The notes beneath the pieces are model-generated. The model was given only the letters and a program-made list of their open reading frames with translations, made no database searches and was not told the origin of the DNA. The translations under genes and the position numbers were made by a program. Shown here piece after piece: positions 1 through 7,896 of a stretch of DNA of 64,000 nt; positions within the stretch are counted from its first letter, which is position 1, and each line of letters begins with the position of its first letter. This DNA is from Actinomycetota bacterium. Its GTDB lineage: Bacteria > Actinomycetota > Geothermincolia > Fen-727 > Anoxymicrobiaceae. Location of the stretch: NCBI GenBank assembly GCA_018831265.1, contig JAHJCO010000041.1, forward strand, positions 33,700 through 97,699, written 5' to 3'.

Positions 1-2
1 GC

Positions 3-254
3 TCCCAGGCCGGACTGAACGGACTCTTCTTCGAGGATGCGCAGGACAGGTGCACCAAAGCATGGTACTACATCGACATCGACGGGCCTTACACTGTCGA
101 TAACTTGTTGTACGGGTTGTATGACCATTTGAATCATGTGCCGACGTGCGTCTGGTCTGAGACGGGATACGAAGGGGGATACAAGAAATGGCAGGAAGCT
201 ATCCCGGACACACAAGTAATGGACCCGGAAAAGGTACTTCCACGGTATCCATGA
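3..254 (+). CDS. 3' end of an upstream gene (5' truncated by the window edge), hypothetical protein
   Basis: Frame 3 is open from the window edge to TGA at 252-254 (...WYYIDIDGPYTVDNLLYGLYDHL...KVLPRYP*). The stop overlaps the next start as ATGA. No recognisable family. Confidence 0.35.
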   Translation, partial: SQAGLNGLFFEDAQDRCTKAWYYIDIDGPYTVDNLLYGLYDHLNHVPTCVWSETGYEGGYKKWQEAIPDTQVMDPEKVLPRYP

Positions 255-3019
255 GAAGACGCCAGTCGTCCTTTGCGGTGTTTGTCGTAGCACTAATACT
301 ACTGACCCCCGTTGCTGCAGTTGCCGGCGGAGGTCCGACTTTCCCGCTTGGGCAGGAGGGCGTGGAGGTGTCACTCCCTCGATTCCATGAGGGGGGCGTA
401 CGAGAACTCGAGAGCGACGGCGGTTTCTACGAGGCCTACGCCAGGGTAGGCGGAGAGTTCACCGAGTGGGAGAAGTACGACGTCTGCCTCCAGAAGGTCG
501 ACCCCGATGGCCGCATCCATGATGGCTGGCCCGCCGACTCCCTCCCGATCTGCACGCTGCCGGGATGGCAATCCCCGTACAAAGCCATATTGACGAACGA
601 CGGAGGCGTGATCGTGCTCTGGGGGGACGACCGCCCGGCATCACAAGGTGGGCCCGGCTGTTACTGCCAGCGGGTGGATTCAGACGGCGGAGTCCATCAA
701 GGTTGGCCGCAAAACGGATTCAAATACCATGGCGCCGAAACTTGGAGATCCGAGTGGCCAATCTATTTCACGGACGAGCAGAACGGCTTCTACGAATTCT
801 GTCTCGACTCGAGGGACTTTCCGCAGACGACCGATGCGGACGACCAGAAGTACGACATCTACGGGTATCGGTGCACCGGGGAACCAGCCACGGCCCCGGG
901 CTGGCAGTACGGCGGGAAGCGTATCCTTCCCAACCTCGCCTCCAGGCACGATCTCAAGGTTGTGCCCGACGGTAAGGGCAACGCGCTGCTCACCTGGATA
1001 GAGGATGACGATGTAGGCCAGGCATATTACGTCAAGGCTCTCAAGATAGGTCCTGACGGCAACGCCTGTCCCGGCTGGGACCCCGACGGGGTCATGCTGA
1101 TGAACGGGGATGAGATCTGGGATAGCGGAAACGACGTGTGGCTCGGTGGATGCGTTATGGTGAACGACGGCTTCGGTGGAGCGGTGGCGGTCTGGCTAGA
1201 CGTGCTCAGGGGTGGAACGTACCCCCACGGTGACTACTTCGCCCAGAGGGTGGACGCGAACGGAAACGTCCTCTGGCAGAAGAACGGCAGGCTGGTCTAC
1301 GACACGGAGTCGATTCTCGGCGACCCACACTCCGCCTCCTGCCCGGACATGCTCGGAGGAGCGTTCGTCCTGTTCGAGGCCCCGGAGGGAGACCCCTGGC
1401 AGGTGGTACACCTGTCTGCCGACGGCACGCCCAACGTGTTCAGCCTGGGGAGCTACCCCGCCGATACGAGTGAAAACGACATCTGGATCGAGGAGGACCG
1501 CTCGGGGGGCGTCTTCAGCCGGTTCACCGACGAAGACGGTGTCGTGTACGGCAAGAGCGACGTAACCGATATCAAGCGCTTCACCAGCCAGGGTACCCCG
1601 TATCCGGGATGGGAAACTCCCGTCATCGTAGAGCACGATGTCGACTACCTGGGCGCCTACATGCCCGGGGAGTGCGTGGTCACCTGGAAGATCGGCGCTT
1701 TCAATTGGGAGTCCATAGGCTACACACGCATTTGCGACCCCCCCAACTTCTCCACCTACATACTGCTGGCGAACCCCAACGACCAGGCGGCCGACGTCGA
1801 CCTCACCTTCATGCTGCCGGGAGGGATGACAAAGGACCACAGCGTAAGCGTCCCGGCAGAGGGAAGGGAGACCGTGTTCTTGAACGAGCTTCTCCCCGCC
1901 GTGGACGTCTCCACCACGGTGAGCGTGGAGGCGACCTTGCCCATAATAGCCGAGCGCTCCATGTACTTCGACTATCTCGGCTCCTATGAGGGTGGGCACG
2001 ACTGCGCGGGGATGACCTCTCCCTCGGACACCTGGTACTTCGCCGAGGGATACACGGCCGGGTCGTTCGACACCTACCTGCTGCTTCAGAACCCCCAAGG
2101 TACAGCAGCGAACGTAACTGTCACCTACATGCTCCCGGGTGCACAGACCATCACCGGCACGTACCAAGTGGCACCACATGCCCGCTACACGGTGAAGGTG
2201 GACGATATTCCTGGACTGGAATCAACCGAGCTATCCATGAAGGTGGACTCAGATCTTCTGATAACCGCGGAGAGGGCCATGTACTTCGACTACTACGGCA
2301 GGATAGGGGGACACGGACAGGCCGGGGTCCCGGCACCTTCAGCCACCTGGCACCTGGCTGAAGGCTACACCGCCCAGTCCTTCGATACCTACATACTGGT
2401 GCAGAACCCGGGAGATGCTCAAGCTACCGTCACCTACTCTTACCTGAAGGAGAACGGAGAGCCCGTAGAGAGGCAGGAGACGATAGCCCCCCACTCGCGC
2501 TTCACGGTGAAGGTGGACGAGGTTACCGGAATGGAGGCCGCCTCCTTCTCCACCACGCTCACCTCCAATGTCCCTGTGATAGCCGAGAGGGCCATGTACT
2601 TCGACTACTACGGTAAGCTCGGGGGACACGACTCGGTGGGGGCCACCTCACCTTCGGCCACCTGGTACCTTGCAGAGGGATACACCGCCGAGGGCTTCGA
2701 CACATTCGTACTGATGGAGAACCCGGGAACGGAGAGCGCCACCGTGAAGGCCACCTATATGAAGCCCTCCGGCGATCCCATCGAGAAGACCTACGTGCTC
2801 GAGCCCAAATCGCGCTTCACCCAGAAGGTGGACGACATACCTGGATTGGAGGCCACGGAGGTCTCCACCAGGCTGGAAACCACAGGCGGCAGCGAGATCG
2901 TGGCCGAGCGGGCGGTCTACTTCGCCTACAAGGGACTCTGGGCGGGGGGACACGACGCCATCGGGGTCACCGCCCCGTCTGCCTCCTGGTACTTCGCCGA
3001 AGGGTACACGGGGTACTGA
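251..3019 (+). CDS. secreted repeat protein: unknown ~480-aa N-domain (recurring D..G...GWP motifs) + 4 tandem ~110-aa 'WYxAEG...QNP...ERAMY' modules
   Basis: ORF 188..3019. Start moved to ATG 251 because MRRRQSSFAVFVVALILLTPVAAVA is a clean signal peptide and ATGA couples it to the upstream stop. The ~110-aa periodicity is visible in the translation; the protein ends on a terminal WYFAEGYTGY strand. Confidence 0.8.
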   Translation: MRRRQSSFAVFVVALILLTPVAAVAGGGPTFPLGQEGVEVSLPRFHEGGVRELESDGGFYEAYARVGGEFTEWEKYDVCLQKVDPDGRIHDGWPADSLPICTLPGWQSPYKAILTNDGGVIVLWGDDRPASQGGPGCYCQRVDSDGGVHQGWPQNGFKYHGAETWRSEWPIYFTDEQNGFYEFCLDSRDFPQTTDADDQKYDIYGYRCTGEPATAPGWQYGGKRILPNLASRHDLKVVPDGKGNALLTWIEDDDVGQAYYVKALKIGPDGNACPGWDPDGVMLMNGDEIWDSGNDVWLGGCVMVNDGFGGAVAVWLDVLRGGTYPHGDYFAQRVDANGNVLWQKNGRLVYDTESILGDPHSASCPDMLGGAFVLFEAPEGDPWQVVHLSADGTPNVFSLGSYPADTSENDIWIEEDRSGGVFSRFTDEDGVVYGKSDVTDIKRFTSQGTPYPGWETPVIVEHDVDYLGAYMPGECVVTWKIGAFNWESIGYTRICDPPNFSTYILLANPNDQAADVDLTFMLPGGMTKDHSVSVPAEGRETVFLNELLPAVDVSTTVSVEATLPIIAERSMYFDYLGSYEGGHDCAGMTSPSDTWYFAEGYTAGSFDTYLLLQNPQGTAANVTVTYMLPGAQTITGTYQVAPHARYTVKVDDIPGLESTELSMKVDSDLLITAERAMYFDYYGRIGGHGQAGVPAPSATWHLAEGYTAQSFDTYILVQNPGDAQATVTYSYLKENGEPVERQETIAPHSRFTVKVDEVTGMEAASFSTTLTSNVPVIAERAMYFDYYGKLGGHDSVGATSPSATWYLAEGYTAEGFDTFVLMENPGTESATVKATYMKPSGDPIEKTYVLEPKSRFTQKVDDIPGLEATEVSTRLETTGGSEIVAERAVYFAYKGLWAGGHDAIGVTAPSASWYFAEGYTGY

Positions 3020-3051
3020 GATCCCGCATTGAACAAGCCAGGTCAAACCAC

Positions 3052-3168
3052 CGGGGACTTCAGTCCCGGGTGAGATGGCGGACTGAAGTCCGCCCCCAAG
3101 CCTCACTGATTGGGCCGGGACTTCAGTCCCGGTAAGCGCGTTCGACGGCGGACTGAAGTCCGCCCCCA
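3052..3168. repeat. array of 4 short hairpin units (GGGACTTCAGTCCCGG / GCGGACTGAAGTCCGCC, alternating orientation) with shared spacer CCTCACTG..GATTGGG
   Basis: Read directly from the sequence. The same composite element recurs at 23706-23887, downstream of a paralogous gene. Confidence 0.75.
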
Positions 3169-3199
3169 AACATCAAAAGGCGTCAGCCCTGGATTTGTT

Positions 3200-3478
3200 T
3201 CACCCGCCCGCCAGCGGGAAGATCACCAGCAGCTCTTCACCGTCCCGGAGGGTGTCCGACCTTGCCAGCACCGGCCCGCCGCATCGGGCCAGCCTTATGC
3301 TCCTGTGAAAGCGGCCGTTTTCCGCGTCCCATAAGCCGGACGGCAGGCGCGAGCAGCGCTCCTCACCCAGGTGGTTGAGCAGGTCTCCCGCGGTGGAACC
3401 GTCGGCGACCTCGAAGACCGCCCCCCTCTCGCCCATGTATACGCCGAACACGCCCGTGAACAGGGTTGTGACCGTCAT
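3200..3478 (-). CDS. MoaD/ThiS-family small sulfur-carrier-like protein (ends in Gly-Gly)
   Basis: 92 aa with C-terminal ...FPLAGG and a beta-grasp-like pattern. Sits immediately downstream of AOR (TGA-gcc-ATG); MoaD-like genes commonly accompany AOR genes. Confidence 0.55.
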   Translation of the reverse strand: MTVTTLFTGVFGVYMGERGAVFEVADGSTAGDLLNHLGEERCSRLPSGLWDAENGRFHRSIRLARCGGPVLARSDTLRDGEELLVIFPLAGG

Positions 3479-3481
3479 GGC

Positions 3482-5359
3482 TCAGGACCCCCGCGCACCG
3501 TCGAGCATCAGCCCGGCGACCGACTTCAGGCCGAACCTCTCCAGCGTTTCGGCCGTCGGACGCCCATCGGGCCGCAGGCCTCGCAGCTCGTAGAACTCGC
3601 GGAGCATGGTCCCCATGTCGGGCACCGAGCCCGCTATCATACCGTCCCCGGTCGGGGTCATTATCCTCTCGCCGAGCCTGTCGTCCTCTCCGGTGGCGCC
3701 CCAGAGAAAGCCGAGGCAGCGCTGCAGGTGCCAGATGCGCGCTCCCGCCTCCATCATGGTCTCGATGTCGTAGCCGTATCCCGCCACCGTGTTGAACGCC
3801 TCCACCAGCTGGGGGATGGTCAGCGCCGTGGCCGGGAACTCGCACCAGCACGCCGAGTTGAATATCGCCCCCAGGTCGCTGGTGACCGCCGTCCCCAGCG
3901 CCTTGTGCTCGGTGGACTGCTCCTTCAGGATCATGTCCAGCCCCAGCTCCGGGTACTCCACCGCTCCCCACTCCAACAGGAACATCAGGTTGGAGACGTG
4001 GCAGGCACCGCGCACCGAGACGGCGTAGGCGAGCCCGTCCCCCCAGTTGCAGCGCGGGTCGTGCATCGGCGCCTCCAGGCCCTTGCTGTCGGTCAGGAAG
4101 CGCTCGCTGCCTCCTCCGACCTCGGCGGCGGCCGCCCTGGACCCCATCGCCAGGAGCCGGGCGAGTTTCCCTTCCCGGGCGGCGATCCTCGGCAGCAGCT
4201 CCAGCACCTCGTCTATCCCGCCCCACTCGAGCTTTACACCCTCGTAGTCCTCGGGCCTGAGGATACCGGCCTCGTAGCAGTCCATGGCCCAGGCGATGGT
4301 GGACCCGCAGGTCATGGTATCCATACCCAGCCGGTTGCACAGGTCGTTGGCGACCGCGACGGCCTCGAGGCTCGGGTTCATGAGCATGGTGCCGAACGCG
4401 GCGATGGTCTCGTACTCGGGCCCGGGCGTCTCAGGCATGCGATAGCGCCCCTCATCGACCCTGACCACCGGCTTGCACTTCACCGCGCACCCTCGACACC
4501 CCCGCGTTCCGGTCCGGATGGTGTCGGACATGGCGATGCCGCTCAGGGTCCGGGGGGCTTCCATCCAGGTCCCCCGCGACCAGTTCCTGGTGGGGACGTC
4601 CCCCTCCATCATCTTCATCTCCATGTTGGCGGCGGTGCCGAACGCCTGGACCGTCCGGCAGAAGATGCTCTCCTCGATCCGCGGGCGCAGGGTGCCGTCC
4701 CAGAGCTCCCGGAACCCCTCGGGATCGGCGAGCTCCGGCCTGCCGCCGCCGCTCGCGACTATCGCCTTGAGGTTCTTCGAGCCCATCACGGTGCCCATCC
4801 CCGCGCGTCCGAAGTGGTGCGCGCAGTCGTTTGTGATGCTGCCGAAGGGGACCCCGTTCTCCGAGGCCGGACCGATCGCCAGGACCTTGTAGCGGCGGCC
4901 GTGCCTCTTTTTCAGGAACCCGGTCGTCTCGAAGGTATCCATGCCCCACATTCGCCAGGCGGGCAGCAGCGCGGCGGTCCATTCCGTGATCATAAGGTAG
5001 ACAGGCTGCGCGGCCCGTCCCTGCAGCACCACCGCGTCGAACCCGCACCTCTTGAGCTCCGGGCCGAAGTTGCCGCCGCAGGATGACTGCCCCCAGATAC
5101 CCGTCAGTGGCGAGCGCGCGCCCGCGGAGAACCGGCTGGTGCCGTGCATCCCCGTCATGGCCATGGGGCCGGTGGCGAAGATAAGGACGGCCTCGGGGTC
5201 GAGCGGCCCCGCCTCGATGTCGCCGAGGTCCAGCAGCAGCTTCGCCGCGAGACCGCCGCCGCCGATATACCGCCGGTACGTCTCTTCCTCGAGCTCGATG
5301 GTCTCCGTCGTGCCGGCCGTGAGGTCTACCTTCAGGACTCTTCCGGTGTTGGCGTACAT
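3482..5359 (-). CDS. aor: tungsten-type aldehyde:ferredoxin oxidoreductase (AOR family)
   Basis: 625 aa. N-terminus MYANTGRVLKVDLT...YIGGGGLAAKLL and the RGCRGCAVKC Fe-S motif are typical of the AOR family. GGAGG sits 5 nt upstream of the ATG. Confidence 0.9.
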   Translation of the reverse strand: MYANTGRVLKVDLTAGTTETIELEEETYRRYIGGGGLAAKLLLDLGDIEAGPLDPEAVLIFATGPMAMTGMHGTSRFSAGARSPLTGIWGQSSCGGNFGPELKRCGFDAVVLQGRAAQPVYLMITEWTAALLPAWRMWGMDTFETTGFLKKRHGRRYKVLAIGPASENGVPFGSITNDCAHHFGRAGMGTVMGSKNLKAIVASGGGRPELADPEGFRELWDGTLRPRIEESIFCRTVQAFGTAANMEMKMMEGDVPTRNWSRGTWMEAPRTLSGIAMSDTIRTGTRGCRGCAVKCKPVVRVDEGRYRMPETPGPEYETIAAFGTMLMNPSLEAVAVANDLCNRLGMDTMTCGSTIAWAMDCYEAGILRPEDYEGVKLEWGGIDEVLELLPRIAAREGKLARLLAMGSRAAAAEVGGGSERFLTDSKGLEAPMHDPRCNWGDGLAYAVSVRGACHVSNLMFLLEWGAVEYPELGLDMILKEQSTEHKALGTAVTSDLGAIFNSACWCEFPATALTIPQLVEAFNTVAGYGYDIETMMEAGARIWHLQRCLGFLWGATGEDDRLGERIMTPTGDGMIAGSVPDMGTMLREFYELRGLRPDGRPTAETLERFGLKSVAGLMLDGARGS

Positions 5360-5370
5360 GAGTACCTCCG

Positions 5371-5823
5371 CTACTTGACCGATATCACCTTGGTCATGTG
5401 GGTGAGCGCCAGGTTATGGGCGAACATGCCCTTTATCTTGAGCTCGCCCTTGAGCAGCTTCTTGAGTACCATCCTTCCGACTTCGTCGAAGTAGTAGGGC
5501 AGCCCGAACCTGATCTGGATGTTGGCCAGGTCCAGGAGGGTCGAGGAGTCGGTCGATATCTGCAGCATGGGGTATCCCACCTTGCCCGGGTAGACCTTCA
5601 GACTTCCGCCGTCGAACAGCATGGTCATCTCGGTGTCCGCGTCGTCCGCCGTGATCCACACGTACCCGTCGAGCTTGTTGAAGTCCTTTACCCTGTCCGG
5701 CTTGTCCTTCAGGTTTGTCCGTATCATCTCCGCCATCATCACGGCCATTCCCGCGTCCCCGACGTCCGGTGCGAGGGTGATGTCCACCTCGCCGTTCCCA
5801 CCGGTGGTTGTCGCCTGTTCCAT
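5371..5823 (-). CDS. SCP2 (sterol/lipid carrier) domain protein
   Basis: The C-terminal ...LLKGELKIKGMFAHNLAL... pattern is SCP2-like. Start set to internal ATG 5823 (MEQATTT...) because GGAGG lies 5 nt upstream; the ORF-table start at 5862 directly abuts the ADH stop. Confidence 0.55.
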   Translation of the reverse strand: MEQATTTGGNGEVDITLAPDVGDAGMAVMMAEMIRTNLKDKPDRVKDFNKLDGYVWITADDADTEMTMLFDGGSLKVYPGKVGYPMLQISTDSSTLLDLANIQIRFGLPYYFDEVGRMVLKKLLKGELKIKGMFAHNLALTHMTKVISVK

Positions 5824-5863
5824 CTCTGCCTCCGTTTCCGGCTCCCCCATGGGAGCCCTCATA

Positions 5864-7027
5864 TCACCAGGCCTGCGCGAAAACCTCGAGCACCTGCTCC
5901 GGCTCGAGGATGGGGGTGGGGTTGTAGACGATGCTGCCGTCGTACATGCACAGCTCCGCGGCCTGCTCCAGGCCCTCGGATGGGACCCCCGCGTCTCGAA
6001 GTCTCTGCACTATCCCCAGGCTCTCGGTCAGGGCACAGATCGCCTGAATCGCCGCCTCGGCGGCCTCCCGGTCGCTCACCCCGGCCACGTCGATGCCCAT
6101 CGCCAGCGCGACCAGCCTGTACCTGTCGGGGCATGTCTCGATGTTGAATCTCATGGCGTGGGGCAGGACGATGCTGTTGGCCACCCCGTGCGGCACACCG
6201 AAGAGGCCGCCCACCGAGTGCGCCATGGCATGTGGCAGCCCGACCTGGGCGTTGTCGAAGGCGACCCCGGCCATGGTCGCGGCGCACTGCTGCTGACCGC
6301 GCGCCACCAGGTCGCCGCCGTCCGCGACGCACCTGGGCAGGTATTGCGTGATCAGCCTTATCGCGTGCAACGCCATGGCGTCGGCTACCGGTGAGGCCTG
6401 CAGTGTATGAATGGCCTCCACGGCGTGCGTGAAGGCGTCCATCCCGGTCGCCGCGGTAAGCAGCGGCGGAAGGCCCTCCACTATGGTGGGGTCCAGTATG
6501 CCGACGTCGGGGATTATGTGGTTGTCGGAAAAGAGCAGCTTCTGGTGCTTGTCCCAGTCCTTGACCACCGCGGTCATCGTGGCCTCACTGCCTGTCCCGG
6601 CGGTGGTGGGCACCACGACGTGCGGCGTCTGGGGGCGCTTGAGCAGCTGGAACCCGGAGTAGTCCTGGAGCCTCCCCCCCTCCTTGAGCAGGATCGCCAT
6701 GCCCTTGGCGGTGTCTATGGTGCTGCCGCCGCCCACGCTTACAAGGCAGTCGGCGCCCGCTTCCCTGGCGGCAGCCGTCGCCTCGTTTATGACGTGGATG
6801 CCCGAGTCCTGGATGCACGCGTCGAATGTGCCAGCGTGCTTTCCACCGAGCGCCTTCTCGATACGCTGCGAGATACCGGCCTCGACCACCCCCGGGTCGG
6901 TGACCACGAACGCCCGGTTGCATCCCAGCTCGCCGACCTCTATCCCCACGTCGGCAGCGGTCCCCTCGCCGAAAACGATCCTGGTGGGGTTCCTGTAGAC
7001 GAACGCAAGGTCCCTGTCGTACTCCAT
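5864..7027 (-). CDS. iron-containing (group III) alcohol dehydrogenase
   Basis: 387 aa. GGGSTIDTAKG and other Fe-ADH signatures are present. AAAGGAGG sits 6 nt upstream of the ATG. Confidence 0.9.
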   Translation of the reverse strand: MEYDRDLAFVYRNPTRIVFGEGTAADVGIEVGELGCNRAFVVTDPGVVEAGISQRIEKALGGKHAGTFDACIQDSGIHVINEATAAAREAGADCLVSVGGGSTIDTAKGMAILLKEGGRLQDYSGFQLLKRPQTPHVVVPTTAGTGSEATMTAVVKDWDKHQKLLFSDNHIIPDVGILDPTIVEGLPPLLTAATGMDAFTHAVEAIHTLQASPVADAMALHAIRLITQYLPRCVADGGDLVARGQQQCAATMAGVAFDNAQVGLPHAMAHSVGGLFGVPHGVANSIVLPHAMRFNIETCPDRYRLVALAMGIDVAGVSDREAAEAAIQAICALTESLGIVQRLRDAGVPSEGLEQAAELCMYDGSIVYNPTPILEPEQVLEVFAQAW

Positions 7028-7126
7028 CTAAGACCTCCTTTCAAAGACACCCGAGCGGCCCGGGCGCGGGGCGCCGCCCCGTGAACCCGTCCCACCGCCC
7101 CCGCCGGGGCAGCGGCCCCCGCCACC

Positions 7127-7711
7127 CTACACCGCCGGTGTCGCCGCTTTGATGCCCAGGAAGCGCTCGGCCAGCTCGTTGTTGATATGCCTGAACTCCG
7201 GGATCTCGTCGGAGGGGAGGTCGGGGGGAAACTTGCCGCCGACCTCCGCGCTGATGTCCGTGAGCCTCTGGGCGGCCCGGACCGCGCGCACGATGGTGGG
7301 AAGATCGCCCTTGAGCTTGAGCTTGCCCTGCATCATGCCCTTGACCGCGTCCAGCTCCCTCTTGCCGACCTGCGTCCAGCGATCGAGCGACCCGCTGATG
7401 ATGAAGTCGCCGGCCAGGCCCGCGCTCTCGGGGACGATCCTCACCGAGCGGCACTCGCCGTGCCAGAGGTCCATGAAGACGTAGAGGTCGAACTCGAGGC
7501 CGCGCTCCGGGTCGGGCTCGACGTGCAGGACCACGCTGCCCTCCCAGTCCTTCGCGGCCTCCTTGTAGATTTCGTCCATCCGGATCGCCTTCTCGAACAG
7601 CGCGACCCATTCCGGGGTGAAGTAGATGTAGGGCGGCGGGCTCTTGCTCTTCTCCGCGACCACCGCCTGGTACTCCTGCTCCCACTCGTCGGTTCCGTAC
7701 TGAAGTGTCAT
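7127..7711 (-). CDS. SCP2 domain protein
   Basis: ...KGMMQGKLKLKGDLPTIVRA... is an SCP2 signature. Start moved to ATG 7711 (MTLQYGTDEW...) with GAGGAGGG upstream. The ORF-table 5' extension runs into the intergenic region. Confidence 0.6.
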   Translation of the reverse strand: MTLQYGTDEWEQEYQAVVAEKSKSPPPYIYFTPEWVALFEKAIRMDEIYKEAAKDWEGSVVLHVEPDPERGLEFDLYVFMDLWHGECRSVRIVPESAGLAGDFIISGSLDRWTQVGKRELDAVKGMMQGKLKLKGDLPTIVRAVRAAQRLTDISAEVGGKFPPDLPSDEIPEFRHINNELAERFLGIKAATPAV

Positions 7712-7896
7712 GATTCCCTCCTCGATATCGTGGCTGCGCCCGTATGCCGTCAGCCTGACTGCTATTACGGTGAAGTGACGAAAACCATTTGCCGGAGCGC
7801 GGGCGCATGATTCGTCGAGCGCGTCCGTAATGACAGGCATACGGACAGGGGTCGAAGGTGCCGGGCGCTTTTGACCCCCGGTGAAAGGAGACCCCG

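Noticed and set aside
188-250. Upstream ATG starts or 5' extensions proposed by the ORF track (188 for the first repeat protein, 5862, 7840, 18513, 27754, 29801, 30755, 36958, 41103, 48215, 54715, 61993)
   Set aside because: The extensions overlap upstream genes, terminators or intergenic repeats and lack SD sequences. Internal starts with GGAGG-type SDs and sensible N-termini (signal peptides, conserved N-terminal motifs) were preferred.
2648-3334. ORFs 2648-3169(-) and 3110-3334(+) and, likewise, 23864-25009(+), 23637-23828(+), 40968-41180(-), 13315-13689(-), 51788-52117(+)
   Set aside because: These ORFs run through the hairpin and AT-rich repeat elements (yielding recurring GADFSP/TEVPAQ/DERNGLRFSF peptides) with no start context. 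They are repeat translations, not genes.
3371-5086. Long plus-strand ORF (571 aa) overlapping the AOR gene; similar long antisense/alternate-frame ORFs at 3363-4340, 7041-7997, 7765-9543, 7881-9179, 15688-16347, 16669-18393, 19796-20887, 21220-22803, 24164-24520, 26093-27058, 33299-34435, 35910-36770, 36967-37605, 43317-44690, 46999-48045, 55611-56924, 56416-57630, 58430-59521, 59627-61654, 62625-63908
   Set aside because: Each lies opposite or out of frame with a gene that has clear family signatures and proper SD/start context. Their translations are Arg/Gly/Pro/Ala-rich low-complexity sequence, as expected from high-GC DNA where stop codons are rare in all frames.
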